This document shows, in pieces, positions 37,989 to 50,032 of a DNA stretch of 50,973 nucleotides. The DNA lies in sequence record SRR20825019_12, one strand, 5' to 3'. Position numbers and translations under genes: made by a program. A model generated the notes under the pieces. That model worked only from the letters and a program-made list of their open reading frames with translations. It made no database searches and was not told where the DNA came from. The first letter of the stretch is position 1. Every line of letters starts with the position of its first letter.

Positions 37989-40850
37989 ATGATCAATTAC
38001 GAAGAACATATTGAGGTTAAGGGCGCAAGGGTCCATAATCTTAAAAATATAGATGTTACAATTCCACGAGAAAAGCTTGTGGTCATTACCGGACTTTCGG
38101 GCAGTGGTAAATCCTCTTTGGCCTTTGATACCATTTATGCCGAAGGCCAACGCAGGTACATCGAAACCTTCTCGGCCTACGCCAGACAATTTTTGGGCGG
38201 TTTGGAACGACCCGATGTGGATAAAATAGATGGTCTTTCACCTGTAATCGCCATAGAACAGAAGACCACTTCAAAATCCCCTCGATCTACCGTGGGCACC
38301 ATTACGGAGGTTTACGACTTTTTAAGATTGCTGTTCGCTCGTGCTGGCGACGCCTACAGTTATAATACGGGCGAAAAAATGGTGAGCTACAGCGATGAGC
38401 AGATCAAAGATTTGATCATTGAATCGTACAAGGACAAGAAGATCAATGTGCTTGCCCCCGTAATTAAGTCACGTAAGGGACATTACCGTGAATTGTTCGA
38501 GCAAATTGCCAAGCAAGGGTTTGTAAAAGTTCGGGTAGATGGTGAGATTACCGACATCACCAAAGGGATGAAGGTAGACCGATACAAAACCCACGATATT
38601 GAGATTGTAATCGATCGTTTGAAGGTCGTCGATAGCGAAGATTTCCATAAACGCTTGAGCGAAACCATCAATACGGCCATGTACAGTGGGGACAATGTTC
38701 TGATGATTTTGGAAGAGGGCGAAACCGTTCCCCGGTATTTCAGCAGGGATTTAATGTGTCCATCATCGGGCATCTCCTATCCTACTCCTGAGCCAAACAC
38801 GTTTTCCTTCAACTCTCCGAAAGGAATGTGTCCGGAATGTAGTGGATTGGGCCACGTGTACCAGGTTAACGAGAATAAAATCATTCCCAACAAAAAAATA
38901 TCCATTAAATCTGGTGGACTTGCCCCCTTGGGCGAATACAAAAAATCTTGGGCCTTCAAACAACTGGAAACCATTGCGCAGCGCTATAATTTTGATTTGA
39001 CGGATGCCATTGAAAAGATTCCGGAAGAAGCCATGAACGTTATTTTGAACGGCGGCAAAGAAAGTTTTGAGGTCGATTCCAAAAGTCTGGGCGTAAAAAG
39101 ACAGTATAGAATTGATTACGAAGGCATTTCCAACTTCATCAAAACCCAGTACGAAGAAGCCAACTCCACTTCCATAAAAAGATGGGCCAAAGATTACATG
39201 GATAAAGTGGAGTGTCCTGCTTGCGAAGGCTCACGATTGCGAAAAGAGTCCCTCTATTTTAAGATAGACGGTAAGAACATTGCCGAACTGGCCCGAATGG
39301 ATATTGCCGAGCTTGCTGCTTTCTTCATGCATTTGGAAGGTTCGTTGGAAGGCAATCAGAAAAAGATTGCCGAAGAAATCATAAAAGAGATCAAAGCCCG
39401 TGTCGGGTTTTTGTTGGATGTGGGGCTGGACTATCTATCATTGAACCGAAGCTCCAAATCATTGTCAGGTGGTGAAGCGCAACGTATTCGACTGGCTACA
39501 CAGATTGGTTCTCAATTGGTAGGTGTCCTCTATATCTTAGACGAACCTAGTATTGGCTTACACCAACGCGACAACGAACGTTTGATTCATTCCTTGGAAG
39601 CACTGCGAGATATTGGAAATTCCGTAATTGTGGTAGAACACGACCGTGATATGATCGAGTGCGCGGACCATGTGATAGATATCGGCCCCAAGGCGGGCAA
39701 GCACGGTGGCAAGATTATTTCCGAAGGAAGTCCCAAGGATTTGGTGAACCAACAAACCTTGACCGCAAAATACATCACAGGGGAACTGGAAATCCCCGTC
39801 CCGAAAGAGAGGCGAAAGGGAACGGGTAAAAAAATTACGCTCTCTGGCTGTACCGGTAACAATCTTAAAAACGTGACGGTGGATTTTCCTTTGGGAAAAT
39901 TAATCGGTGTCACAGGTGTTTCGGGTAGTGGCAAATCCACTTTAGTGAATGAGACCCTCTACCCTATTATGAACGCCCATTACTTTAACGGCGTTAAGAA
40001 ACCAATGCCCTATAAAAAGATAAAGGGACTGGAGCATATTGACAAGGTAATCGACATCAACCAATCCCCGATTGGCCGAACGCCACGTTCAAATCCAGCC
40101 ACCTATACTGGCGTTTTTAGTGAAATACGTTCCTTGTTCTCCAAAACTACCGAAGCTACCATTCGTGGTTATAAACCCGGTCGTTTTAGCTTTAATGTGG
40201 CAGGGGGACGATGCGAAACTTGCCAAGGTGGCGGCCTTAAAGTCATTGAAATGAACTTTTTGCCCGATGTGTACGTGGAATGTGAAACCTGTAATGGTAA
40301 AAGGTTCAACAGGGAAACCTTGGAAATCCGTTACAAGGGCAAATCGATTGCCGATGTTTTGGAAATGACCATCAACGAAGCTGTGGATTTCTTTGAGAAT
40401 ATTCCAAAAATTCATCGTAAACTTAAAACAATAAAAGATGTAGGTTTGGGTTATATATCATTAGGGCAACAATCCACCACCCTCTCTGGTGGAGAGGCCC
40501 AACGGGTGAAATTGGCAACAGAACTCTCCAAAAGAGATACCGGAAACACCTTTTACATCCTCGACGAACCAACAACAGGCTTGCATTTTGAAGACATTAG
40601 AGTACTTATGGACGTACTCGACCGTTTAGTGGACAAGGGCAATACCATTTTGGTCATAGAACACAATATGGATGTCATTAAAATGATGGACTACATCATC
40701 GATATTGGTTACGAAGGTGGACGAGGCGGCGGAAAAGTTGTTGCTACAGGAACTCCCGAAGAAGTGGCCAAGGACAAGAAAAGTTACACCGCCAAATTTT
40801 TAAAGAAAGAATTGGAAAACACAAAACAAAAAATTGCACGAGCAGTTTAA
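37989..40850 (+). CDS. uvrA: Excinuclease ABC subunit A
   Basis: GARVHNLKN, two Walker A motifs ([16 protein letters not shown]), LSGGEAQR twice, zinc fingers. Confidence 0.98.
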   Translation: MINYEEHIEVKGARVHNLKNIDVTIPREKLVVITGLSGSGKSSLAFDTIYAEGQRRYIETFSAYARQFLGGLERPDVDKIDGLSPVIAIEQKTTSKSPRSTVGTITEVYDFLRLLFARAGDAYSYNTGEKMVSYSDEQIKDLIIESYKDKKINVLAPVIKSRKGHYRELFEQIAKQGFVKVRVDGEITDITKGMKVDRYKTHDIEIVIDRLKVVDSEDFHKRLSETINTAMYSGDNVLMILEEGETVPRYFSRDLMCPSSGISYPTPEPNTFSFNSPKGMCPECSGLGHVYQVNENKIIPNKKISIKSGGLAPLGEYKKSWAFKQLETIAQRYNFDLTDAIEKIPEEAMNVILNGGKESFEVDSKSLGVKRQYRIDYEGISNFIKTQYEEANSTSIKRWAKDYMDKVECPACEGSRLRKESLYFKIDGKNIAELARMDIAELAAFFMHLEGSLEGNQKKIAEEIIKEIKARVGFLLDVGLDYLSLNRSSKSLSGGEAQRIRLATQIGSQLVGVLYILDEPSIGLHQRDNERLIHSLEALRDIGNSVIVVEHDRDMIECADHVIDIGPKAGKHGGKIISEGSPKDLVNQQTLTAKYITGELEIPVPKERRKGTGKKITLSGCTGNNLKNVTVDFPLGKLIGVTGVSGSGKSTLVNETLYPIMNAHYFNGVKKPMPYKKIKGLEHIDKVIDINQSPIGRTPRSNPATYTGVFSEIRSLFSKTTEATIRGYKPGRFSFNVAGGRCETCQGGGLKVIEMNFLPDVYVECETCNGKRFNRETLEIRYKGKSIADVLEMTINEAVDFFENIPKIHRKLKTIKDVGLGYISLGQQSTTLSGGEAQRVKLATELSKRDTGNTFYILDEPTTGLHFEDIRVLMDVLDRLVDKGNTILVIEHNMDVIKMMDYIIDIGYEGGRGGGKVVATGTPEEVAKDKKSYTAKFLKKELENTKQKIARAV

Positions 40851-40859
40851 ATAAAAGTT

Positions 40860-41552
40860 ATGCATATGCGAAGAGAACAACATTCCAAGGGGTGGAATGA
40901 GATAAAGACAAACGACTCATGGGCCATATTCAAAATTATGGGCGAGTTTGTCAATGGATTTGAAAAAATGAGCAGAATAGGCCCCTGTGTCTCCATTTTT
41001 GGGTCGGCAAGGGTACGTGAAGGACATGATTATTATGATTTAGCGGTAAAAATATCCCAAAAAATCGCCGAGGCGGGTTATGGGGTAATCACCGGTGGAG
41101 GTCCCGGAATTATGGAAGCTGGTAACAAAGGTGCCAGCTTAGCAGGTGGAACTTCCGTTGGGCTGAACATTGACTTACCATTTGAACAGCATGACAATCC
41201 CTACATTGATGATGATAAGAGCCTTGACTTTGATTACTTTTTTGTACGGAAAGTGATGTTTGTGAAGTATTCGCAAGGTTTTGTCGTAATGCCGGGAGGG
41301 TTCGGCACATTGGATGAATTCTTTGAAGCACTAACTCTTATCCAAACCCACAAAATACATACATTCCCTATTATACTTGTTGGTACCGAATTTTGGAAGG
41401 GGCTTTTGGATTGGATCAAAAATACGTTGGTCGAAGCCGGTAACATTAGTCCAAAAGACCTAGATTTGATCAAATTAGTAGACACAGAAGATGAGGTTGT
41501 TGAAATTATAGACGCTTTCTACAAAGGCAGAACATTGAGTCCAAATTTTTAA
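40860..41552 (+). CDS. LOG family protein (TIGR00730 Rossmann fold)
   Basis: TGGGPGIM and PGGFGTLDE motifs. Confidence 0.92.
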   Translation: MHMRREQHSKGWNEIKTNDSWAIFKIMGEFVNGFEKMSRIGPCVSIFGSARVREGHDYYDLAVKISQKIAEAGYGVITGGGPGIMEAGNKGASLAGGTSVGLNIDLPFEQHDNPYIDDDKSLDFDYFFVRKVMFVKYSQGFVVMPGGFGTLDEFFEALTLIQTHKIHTFPIILVGTEFWKGLLDWIKNTLVEAGNISPKDLDLIKLVDTEDEVVEIIDAFYKGRTLSPNF

Positions 41553-41562
41553 GCCTACTACA

Positions 41563-44397
41563 TTGATTATCCATCGAGCTTTACTTAGCGTTTCGCTGCT
41601 TATCATTATGGTGTGCCCCAAACTTTGGTCGCAACACCAAAATGAGATTGTGGCCATACTTGATGGACCCACCAATCAAATTCGTATACGACAACACTTC
41701 ACCTATGTGAATCAGTCCCAAAAGGGGCTCTCCACGTTGTATTTCAACGACTGGAACCATGCGTACTCCAACAAAAACACGGCACTGGCAAAGAGATTTG
41801 GTGAAGAATTCAATAGGAGCTTGCATTTGGCAAAGGACAGGGAACGCGGAAAAACCACTATAAAATCTATTGTTGACAGCAATTATGCAGGTTTGGATTG
41901 GAAACGCCGCGGCAATACGGATATCATTGCCGTCAACCTAAATGAAATCCTTAAACCCGGAGAGTCTGTTAAGCTATTTTTTACCTACACCATTAAATTG
42001 CCGGATGCCAAGTTTACTGGATATGGGCATACGGGCAACGGGTATAATTTAAAGGATTGGTACCTTACCCCTGCAGTTTTTACAAATGGAGACTGGGAAC
42101 TTTACGATAATATGAACCTGGACGATCTCTATACCGATATCACCGACACACGAATTAACTTCACTTTTCCGAACCTGCTATATGTTGCCTCTAATTATCG
42201 TATGTCCGTTGTTTCCAATTTCCCCGGGGGCAAACACGTACAGCTATTTGGTGACCAAAGAAAGAGTTGTGAAATTATCCTGACCATAGATGAAAGGTTC
42301 ACCAAGCACATCACCGGCCACCTTAATATCACCACCGATATCGAATCCAATAAATATGAAGAAATAGCCCAGGGCATATCCATAAACAATATTTCACAGT
42401 TTCTTTATGAGAACCTTGGGGAATACCCCCATGATAATCTTTTGGTAAGCGAATATGACTACAACAGGTCACCGCTGTACGGAATCAGCCAACTTCCATC
42501 TTTTATAAGGCCTTACGAGGAGCGATTCCAGTTTGAAATGAAATTTTTAAAAACGGCCATTCGAAATTATCTGAAGGAATCCTTATATCTAAATCCAAGG
42601 AAAGAACGATGGGTGAACGATGCCATTGGATATTATCTTATGATAAAATTTGTGGAGGAACATTACCCCAATCAAAAACTGATTGGAAAACTGTCCAGAA
42701 TCTGGGGGCTTAAGAACTTTCATCTCGCCCAAATGGATTTTAACGAACAATACTCTTTGTTCAGCATGTTGCCCGCACGAAAAAACATCGATCAAGCACT
42801 GACCACCTCCAACGATTCATTGATCAAGTTCAACGAAAAAATCGCCAATGGCTATAAAGCTGGGCTTGGGATGTCATATTTGTCTGCATACTTGGGCAAA
42901 AAAGAGATTGATAGCACAGTGCTGGACTTTTATAAAAATTACAAACAGAAGCAACAGGTTAGTGCTACTGACTTTAGGACAACCATTGAAAAATATGCTG
43001 ACAAAGATGTTGATTGGTTTTTTGATGAATATGTATCCACGGACAAGAAAATAGATTTCAAAATCAAAAAGATCCAAAAGTCTGAGGACTCTATCACCTT
43101 CACGCTAAAAAACAAGAGGGGCACCAATGTTCCCATATCTGTTTTTGGGTTGGAAAATGATACAGTGGTATCGCAGTATTGGTTTTCGGATATTGATAGT
43201 ACAAAAACCTTTACCATACCTAGAAAAAGTGAGGATAGACTGGTACTTAATTACGACCAAAAAATTCCGGAATTCAATCAACGTGATAACTGGAAGACCT
43301 TGAACGGGTGGCTGTCCAGCAATAAAAAATTGAAGTTTCAATTCTTTAAGGATACCGAAGACCCTTATTATAATCAGGTTTTTTATGTACCCATTGCAAA
43401 CTTCAACCTTTATGATGGTATTACACCTGGATTACGATTGTACAACAAAACCTTTTTAGAGCGTCAATTCCAGTATGACATCTCCCCTACTTATTCATTT
43501 CTAGAAAAAACAATGGTAGGGAAAGTTGGTTTTAGATATAGAAAATACCACAAGAAAACCGGGCTTTACGTCACCAATTATTCGTTTTCTGCTTCAACGT
43601 CGCACTTTCAGGAAAACTCTCGATTTACCACAATTACGCCAGCGGTGAGTTTTGGGTGGCGTCCGAACGACTTGCGTTCCAATCGCAGACAAAACCTTCT
43701 TTTTAGGTATCGCAGTGTTTACAGGAGCATAGATGAGAGCCTTGTTGGCGAGTTGGATACCGACCCAGACTATGGCGTCTTGAACGCTCGATATACCGAT
43801 GTGGACAACAACATCCTTAACTACTCCCTTTGGTCCATAGATGCTCAACATTCAAGCGAATTCACAAAGCTTGCTTTTGAATTCGAATACAGAAAGCTTT
43901 TTCAGAGCAACCGCCAGTTTAATCTACGTTTCTATGCAGGTAAATTTTTAAGGAACGACACAGAGTCCAATTTTTTCAGTTTTGCATTGGACAGACCAAC
44001 GGATTATATGTTCGACCTTGCTTATCTGGGTCGGTCAGAAGATTCCGGCATATACAGCCAACAAGTTATTATTGCCGAGGGAGGCTTTAAATCAAAGTTG
44101 GAAAACCCTTTTGCAAACGATTGGATCGCCACAACAAACGCCAGCACCAATATTTGGCGATGGGTCGAGGCGTATGGTGACTTAGGGTTCCTAAGGAACA
44201 AAGGCGACAACCCTCGTTTTGTTTACGATTCCGGTATCCGCTTAAATTTAGTGACGGATTATTTTGAACTCTACTTTCCAGTATACTCCAACCGGGGGTG
44301 GGAAATAGCTCAGGACAACTATGGAGAGCGTATTCGTTTTATAGTTACCATTAGTCCTAGAACCTTAACAGGTTTGTTTACACGAAAGTGGTTTTGA
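41563..44397 (+). CDS. M1/gluzincin-like protein with C-terminal outer-membrane beta-strand region
   Basis: LYFNDW, LKDWY, LGEYP, YKAG and DVDWFF M1-like scaffold; beta-rich C-terminus ending in WF. Confidence 0.7.
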   Translation: MIIHRALLSVSLLIIMVCPKLWSQHQNEIVAILDGPTNQIRIRQHFTYVNQSQKGLSTLYFNDWNHAYSNKNTALAKRFGEEFNRSLHLAKDRERGKTTIKSIVDSNYAGLDWKRRGNTDIIAVNLNEILKPGESVKLFFTYTIKLPDAKFTGYGHTGNGYNLKDWYLTPAVFTNGDWELYDNMNLDDLYTDITDTRINFTFPNLLYVASNYRMSVVSNFPGGKHVQLFGDQRKSCEIILTIDERFTKHITGHLNITTDIESNKYEEIAQGISINNISQFLYENLGEYPHDNLLVSEYDYNRSPLYGISQLPSFIRPYEERFQFEMKFLKTAIRNYLKESLYLNPRKERWVNDAIGYYLMIKFVEEHYPNQKLIGKLSRIWGLKNFHLAQMDFNEQYSLFSMLPARKNIDQALTTSNDSLIKFNEKIANGYKAGLGMSYLSAYLGKKEIDSTVLDFYKNYKQKQQVSATDFRTTIEKYADKDVDWFFDEYVSTDKKIDFKIKKIQKSEDSITFTLKNKRGTNVPISVFGLENDTVVSQYWFSDIDSTKTFTIPRKSEDRLVLNYDQKIPEFNQRDNWKTLNGWLSSNKKLKFQFFKDTEDPYYNQVFYVPIANFNLYDGITPGLRLYNKTFLERQFQYDISPTYSFLEKTMVGKVGFRYRKYHKKTGLYVTNYSFSASTSHFQENSRFTTITPAVSFGWRPNDLRSNRRQNLLFRYRSVYRSIDESLVGELDTDPDYGVLNARYTDVDNNILNYSLWSIDAQHSSEFTKLAFEFEYRKLFQSNRQFNLRFYAGKFLRNDTESNFFSFALDRPTDYMFDLAYLGRSEDSGIYSQQVIIAEGGFKSKLENPFANDWIATTNASTNIWRWVEAYGDLGFLRNKGDNPRFVYDSGIRLNLVTDYFELYFPVYSNRGWEIAQDNYGERIRFIVTISPRTLTGLFTRKWF

Positions 44398-44554
44398 TTG
44401 TCAAATCAATAATTCAACACACAATAAATCACCTATAATTAATATAAATTAATTTTTATTGCGTTTATTTTGATAAATTCTCATTTTATTAACAAGATTT
44501 GATGTTGCTATTTTGATGTATTTTTAATAGTTTTGCATAAATCTTCAAATTTCC

Positions 44555-46966
44555 ATGAAACCTAAACCTAGCACAAGTAACGACATCTCTTTTGACGATT
44601 TCAAATCTCAAATTCTTCAAGATTACGAGACTGCCGTTATGAGTAGGGAATGTAGTCTATTGGGACGTCGCGAAGTACTTTCGGGAAAAGCCAAGTTTGG
44701 AATATTCGGAGACGGCAAAGAGCTCCCCCAACTTGCAATGGCAAGAGCATTCCAGGATGGTGATTTTAGAAGCGGTTATTATCGTGACCAAACTTTTATG
44801 ATGGCTTTGGGCTACTTAAGCCCCAAAGCATTTTTTCATGGGCTTTATGCCACAACGGATCTGGAGAAGGAACCTATGAGTGCCGGAAGGCAAATGGGCG
44901 GGCATTTTGTGACCCATAGCCTAAATGAAGATGGAACATGGAAAAACCTGACCGAACAAAAGAACAGTAGCGCGGATATTTCCTGTACTGCAGGCCAAAT
45001 GCCTCGTTTGCTCGGTTTGGCCCAAGCTTCAAAAATATATCGCCATGTTGAAGGTATCGACCAGACCAATTTCTCCAAAAACGGAAATGAAGTAGCTTGG
45101 GGAACCATTGGTAATGCAAGTACCAGCGAAGGTCATTTTTTTGAAACCCTGAATGCAGCTGGGGTAATGCAGGTGCCCATGGTAATAAGCATTTGGGATG
45201 ATGAATACGGAATCTCCGTACCCTCCGAGTTCCATACCACCAAAGGTGACATTTCCGAAGCTTTGAGTGGATTACAGCGTGATGAAGAACATGATGGCTT
45301 TGAAATCTTAAAAGTCAAGGGATGGGATTATACCGCCTTGATACATGCTTTTGAAAACGCTTCGGACATTGCCCGCGAAGGTCATGTACCTGTGTTGGTC
45401 CATGTAACGGAATTGACCCAGCCCCAAGGTCACTCTACCTCTGGGTCGCACGAAAGGTATAAATCCTCCGAACGTTTGGAATGGGAACGAAAAAATGATT
45501 GCAACAAACGCTTTAGGGAATGGATCATTGAGAATGGTATAAGTACCGAAGATGAACTCAAAAAGGTGGAGCGCGACATAAAGCACAAAGTACGTTCCGC
45601 TAAAAAAGAAGCTTGGTCCGAGTTTTTGAAGCCACAATTGACCGCAAAAAAGGAATTGGTGCAACTATTAGAAAAAGTAGCCGCACAAAGCCCAAATAGA
45701 GCCTTCATCAATAAATTAAAGAATGATTTAATCGCAGTAGAGGAGCCATTAAGAAAAGACTTGGCATCGAAGGCGAGACAAGCACTACGTTACCTTTTGG
45801 GAGAATCTACCACGGAAAAAAAACAGCTTCAGCAGTGGATAGATGGCTTCTTGATAGAAAACCAACCCCATTACAGTTCGCATCTTTACAATGAGCTGGG
45901 CAACAAAGCCACAAAAATAGAGTCTGTAGCACCTTCTTATCCTGAAAAAACCGAGGAAGTCGACGGAAGAATCATTTTGAGGGACAATTTTGACGCTCTT
46001 TTCTCCAAGTATCCTGAGGCACTTATTTTTGGTGAGGACACTGGAAATATTGGCGATGTAAACCAAGGACTGGAAGGCCTTCAAAAGAAGTATGGCGAAC
46101 TAAGGATTGCCGATACTGGAATTCGTGAAACATCTATAATAGGCCAAGGAATCGGTATGGCACTCCGTGGATTACGGCCCATAGCCGAAATACAGTATCT
46201 GGATTATATCCTTTACGCAATTCAAACTTTGAGCGATGATTTGGCCACTTTGATGTACCGGACCGTGGGTAAGCAAAAAGCCCCGCTCATCGTCCGTACA
46301 CGAGGGCACCGCTTGGAAGGAATCTGGCACTCCGGGTCCCCTATGGGAGGATTGGTGCATTTATTAAGAGGAATGTACATTTTAGTACCAAGGAATATGA
46401 CCCAGGCAGCGGGATTCTACAATACACTTATGAAAAGTGACGAGCCAGCTTTGGTCATAGAAAGCCTTAACGGGTATCGCCTAAAAGAGCAAAAACCTGC
46501 CAATTTAGGAGAGTTCTGCACACCAATTGGCAAGGTGGAAACCCTTAAAGAAGGAACGGATATTACACTCTTATCATACGGTTCCACACTTCGTATTGTG
46601 GAAAAAGTAGCAAACGATTTATTGGAAGTAGGCATTGATGCCGAGGTTATCGATGCACAATCACTTCTTCCTTTTGATTTAGACCATGACGTAGTAAAAA
46701 GTCTTCAGAAAACCAATCGCTTTTTGGTGATTGATGAAGATGTTCCAGGTGGGTGTTCGGCATATTTGATGCAAGAAGTGGTCGAAAAGCAAGGTGGTTA
46801 CAAATATTTGGACAGTGCACCACAAACGTTATCGGCCAAGGAACATAGGCCAGCTTATGCTTCTGATGGGGATTATTTTTCCAAACCCAATGCCGAGGAT
46901 ATTTTTGAGAAAGTGTACCAAATTATGCATGAATCCAACCCTAAATCGTATCCGTCTTTGCGTTAG
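44555..46966 (+). CDS. 2-oxoacid dehydrogenase E1, fused alpha/beta subunits
   Basis: GYYRDQ, TPP-binding region, HSTSG, FGED, AEIQY and transketolase C-terminal domain. Confidence 0.92.
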   Translation: MKPKPSTSNDISFDDFKSQILQDYETAVMSRECSLLGRREVLSGKAKFGIFGDGKELPQLAMARAFQDGDFRSGYYRDQTFMMALGYLSPKAFFHGLYATTDLEKEPMSAGRQMGGHFVTHSLNEDGTWKNLTEQKNSSADISCTAGQMPRLLGLAQASKIYRHVEGIDQTNFSKNGNEVAWGTIGNASTSEGHFFETLNAAGVMQVPMVISIWDDEYGISVPSEFHTTKGDISEALSGLQRDEEHDGFEILKVKGWDYTALIHAFENASDIAREGHVPVLVHVTELTQPQGHSTSGSHERYKSSERLEWERKNDCNKRFREWIIENGISTEDELKKVERDIKHKVRSAKKEAWSEFLKPQLTAKKELVQLLEKVAAQSPNRAFINKLKNDLIAVEEPLRKDLASKARQALRYLLGESTTEKKQLQQWIDGFLIENQPHYSSHLYNELGNKATKIESVAPSYPEKTEEVDGRIILRDNFDALFSKYPEALIFGEDTGNIGDVNQGLEGLQKKYGELRIADTGIRETSIIGQGIGMALRGLRPIAEIQYLDYILYAIQTLSDDLATLMYRTVGKQKAPLIVRTRGHRLEGIWHSGSPMGGLVHLLRGMYILVPRNMTQAAGFYNTLMKSDEPALVIESLNGYRLKEQKPANLGEFCTPIGKVETLKEGTDITLLSYGSTLRIVEKVANDLLEVGIDAEVIDAQSLLPFDLDHDVVKSLQKTNRFLVIDEDVPGGCSAYLMQEVVEKQGGYKYLDSAPQTLSAKEHRPAYASDGDYFSKPNAEDIFEKVYQIMHESNPKSYPSLR

Positions 46967-47066
46967 TATTTCCTTATACGTCAATTCAAAAGCACTTTTC
47001 GTCAATTAATGTTACGTTTTTTAAAACATAATCTTTAATTTCACGGGGAATAATTTTACCCCTCGA

Positions 47067-47444
47067 ATGAAAAACAATACTCTGATCCACCTTGGTCTCG
47101 CATTGCTTAGAATTGTACCATCTGCATTTATGCTGACCCATGGTTATCCAAAACTTATGAAACTTATCAATGGCAACACGGAATTTGCCGATCCTTTTGG
47201 GATTGGACAAGCTCCTTCATTGTTTTTAGCTGTTATTGGTGAATTTATCTGCCCCCTATTAATGATCATCGGATTTAAAACACGATGGGCCGCTATTCCC
47301 GCAGCCATTACAATGTTTGTTGCTGCTTTTATTGCCCATGGTTCAGATCCTTTCGGAAGAAAAGAGTTGCCATTGCTTTACCTTACAATTTTTGTGATCA
47401 TCATGCTATTGGGTCCGGGCAAGTACAGTGTGGATAAAAAGTAA
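47067..47444 (+). CDS. DoxX family membrane protein
   Basis: LRI..HG.PK, E...L...G..TR and GPGKYSVD motifs. Confidence 0.9.
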   Translation: MKNNTLIHLGLALLRIVPSAFMLTHGYPKLMKLINGNTEFADPFGIGQAPSLFLAVIGEFICPLLMIIGFKTRWAAIPAAITMFVAAFIAHGSDPFGRKELPLLYLTIFVIIMLLGPGKYSVDKK

Positions 47445-47447
47445 TCT

Positions 47448-48449
47448 TTAGATTATTTCGGATAGTAGTTCTTTCAGCAAATCGGCCTGTCCCATATTGC
47501 TGGCACCTACCCCTTTTCCCTTTAAATCTAAATTCCTTAAGCTGGAAATAATGCCGCTCACTCTTTTCATTGGGTAATTTTTTGCGGCCACTACATACTC
47601 GTTTACAAAATATGGGTTAACGCCAAGTACCTTGGCCACATTTCCCGGAGAATGGTCCTTGAGCCCATGATATTGCAAAAGTTGGGTGAAAAAGGTGTTA
47701 AGTAGTGTAACCGTAACCACAAAGGGATTGTCCTTTGGGTTCTGTACGAAATAATCAATGATTCGTGATGCCTTTTTAACATCACGCTCCCCAATCGCTT
47801 TTTTCAGCTCAAAATTATTGAAGTCTTTGCTTATCCCAATATGCTCTTCGATAAGATCAGGGGTTATTTCCGTAGCAGGCGGGACAATCAAAGCCAATTT
47901 ATCAAGTTCGTTGCTGATTTTGCTCAAATCAGTTCCAAGATACTCCACCAGCATTACACAGGATTTGGGGGAAATCTTGTACTTTTTACTCGCTAAGGTC
48001 CTTCGAATCCAATCCGCCACTTGATTATCGTAGAGTTTTTTACTTTCGAACAGCTCGCCACTTTTGTTAATGGCCTTGTACAGTTTTTTACGCTTATCCA
48101 GCTTCTTGTATTTGTAGCAAAGCACCAAAATTGTGGTCGGCTGTGGGTTCTCTGCGTAAGAAACAAGGTTTTCGATAGTTCTTGACAAATGTTGGGCTTC
48201 CTTTACAATTACCACTTGGTACTGGGCCATCATAGGAAATCGTTTGGCGTTCGCAACTATGTCATCCACAGAGGTGTCCTTACCGTACAATACCATTTGA
48301 TTAAAGCCTTTCTCATCTTCCGTAAGTACATTTTCGGCTATATATTGAGAAATCCTATCAATATAATAGGGCTCCTCCCCCATTAAAAAATATATAGGTT
48401 TTGGATTTCCCTTGTTGATTTCCGATACAATCTCCTTTACTTTGTCCAT
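47448..48449 (-). CDS. holA: DNA polymerase III subunit delta
   Basis: PIYFLMGEEPYYID, FPMM...VIVKEAQ and ELDKL motifs. Confidence 0.93.
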   Translation of the reverse strand: MDKVKEIVSEINKGNPKPIYFLMGEEPYYIDRISQYIAENVLTEDEKGFNQMVLYGKDTSVDDIVANAKRFPMMAQYQVVIVKEAQHLSRTIENLVSYAENPQPTTILVLCYKYKKLDKRKKLYKAINKSGELFESKKLYDNQVADWIRRTLASKKYKISPKSCVMLVEYLGTDLSKISNELDKLALIVPPATEITPDLIEEHIGISKDFNNFELKKAIGERDVKKASRIIDYFVQNPKDNPFVVTVTLLNTFFTQLLQYHGLKDHSPGNVAKVLGVNPYFVNEYVVAAKNYPMKRVSGIISSLRNLDLKGKGVGASNMGQADLLKELLSEII

Positions 48450-48475
48450 TCAAATTATATCATCAGTTTTGTAGA

Positions 48476-48922
48476 ATGCAAGATTTGAATTTTCCACCCT
48501 ATTCGTTTCGAATCAAAAATAGCCAAAATAGGCAGTACATTTTTGATGGGCTACGTAAAAAATTTGTAGTCCTCCAACCGGAAGAATGGGTTCGCCAGCA
48601 CGTGCTCAGATATTTGGTCTTTACCAAAAATTATCCGAAGAGCTTGATCAATGTTGAAAAACAGTTGACGGTCAACAACCTAAAGAAGCGATACGATGTT
48701 GTCGTGTTCAACCCTGATGGCTCTATTTTTCTTTTAATCGAATGCAAGGGGCCGGATGTAAAAATCACTCAGGATACTTTTGACCAAATAGCCCGCTACA
48801 ATTATGAGTTAAAGGCTGAATACTTAATGGTGACCAACGGCCTGGATCATTATTATTGTAAAATGGACCATGAGAATGAAAAGTATACGTTTTTGAAGGA
48901 TATTCCTGATTTTAGCCGTTAA
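48476..48922 (+). CDS. Stand-alone HsdR N-terminal-like (PD-(D/E)XK) protein
   Basis: PEEWVRQ, RYD, IECK, QIARY and VTNG motifs. Confidence 0.85.
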   Translation: MQDLNFPPYSFRIKNSQNRQYIFDGLRKKFVVLQPEEWVRQHVLRYLVFTKNYPKSLINVEKQLTVNNLKKRYDVVVFNPDGSIFLLIECKGPDVKITQDTFDQIARYNYELKAEYLMVTNGLDHYYCKMDHENEKYTFLKDIPDFSR

Positions 48923-48934
48923 TTTGCCTCCGTT

Positions 48935-49936
48935 TTGAAAATCGCCGTCGTCATACTCAACTGGAATGGAGAAGCCTTGCTCGAAAGGTTCCTGCCTTCT
49001 GTTATGAAGCATTCGGATGGAGCCGATATATATGTGGTGGACAATGCCAGCACCGACGGATCGGTTGATTTCTTACAACAGCACTACCCTACCATTGGAA
49101 TAGTTCAAAACAGCTCTAATGGTGGTTTTGCCAAGGGATATAACGATGGCCTTGAACATATTGAAGCTGACATATTCTGTTTATTGAATTCTGACGTGGA
49201 AGTAACTCCCAATTGGCTGGAGCCTATCAAAGATGCCTTTAAGTCGATTCCCGAAGCATCCATTATTCAACCAAAAATTTTGGACCTAATCCAAAAAGAC
49301 CACTTTGAATATGCTGGTGCAGCAGGTGGATTTATTGATATGTTCGGATATCCATTTTGTAGGGGGCGTATTTTTCAGACCATCGAAAAAGACGAAGGAC
49401 AGTACAACGATATTAGAGAAGTATTTTGGGCCACGGGCGCCTGTATGTTCATTAAAAGTGACGTGTTTCAGAAATTAGGAGGGTTTGACGAGGACTACTT
49501 TGCCCACCAAGAAGAGATTGATTTATGTTGGCGCGCAAAAAATGCTGGTCATAAAGTATATTATGTAGGCCTCAGCAGCGTGTATCATTTGGGCGGGAGC
49601 ACCCTTTCCAATATGAACCCGAAGAAAACATTTCTCAACTTTAGGAACTCGCTGTACTCCATCACAAAAAATCTTCCCAGAAAAAAAGCAATCCCTTTGG
49701 TGCTTGCCCGATTAGTTTTGGACGCTTTGGCCGCATTGCGTTTTGTGTTCCAATTAAAATTCGACCATTGTTTCGCCATTTTGCAGGCCCATCTTAGCTT
49801 TTATGCTAACTTTATAAAAATGTATAGAAAACGCGAAAAAGCTAATTTTATATTAAAATACCATATTACGACATCCATAGTATGGTCCTACTTCGTACAT
49901 CAAGTAGAGAATTTTAACATTTTAGTAAAAGATTAA
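48935..49936 (+). CDS. Glycosyltransferase family 2
   Basis: VILNWNG, VDNASTDGS, LLNSD and EEIDLCWR motifs; TTG start. Confidence 0.92.
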   Translation: MKIAVVILNWNGEALLERFLPSVMKHSDGADIYVVDNASTDGSVDFLQQHYPTIGIVQNSSNGGFAKGYNDGLEHIEADIFCLLNSDVEVTPNWLEPIKDAFKSIPEASIIQPKILDLIQKDHFEYAGAAGGFIDMFGYPFCRGRIFQTIEKDEGQYNDIREVFWATGACMFIKSDVFQKLGGFDEDYFAHQEEIDLCWRAKNAGHKVYYVGLSSVYHLGGSTLSNMNPKKTFLNFRNSLYSITKNLPRKKAIPLVLARLVLDALAALRFVFQLKFDHCFAILQAHLSFYANFIKMYRKREKANFILKYHITTSIVWSYFVHQVENFNILVKD

Positions 49937-50032
49937 CGAAGCCGAAATATAGGTACTTTGCTTTTTATCTAATTTTGGTATAGTTTTTTAACATTTGATA
50001 TATCTAACAATCCTTAAATTATAATCTGAACT

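Noticed and set aside
48476-48922. Type I restriction-modification system
   Set aside because: Only a short HsdR-N-like domain; no hsdM, hsdS or helicase; sits in housekeeping context beside holA.
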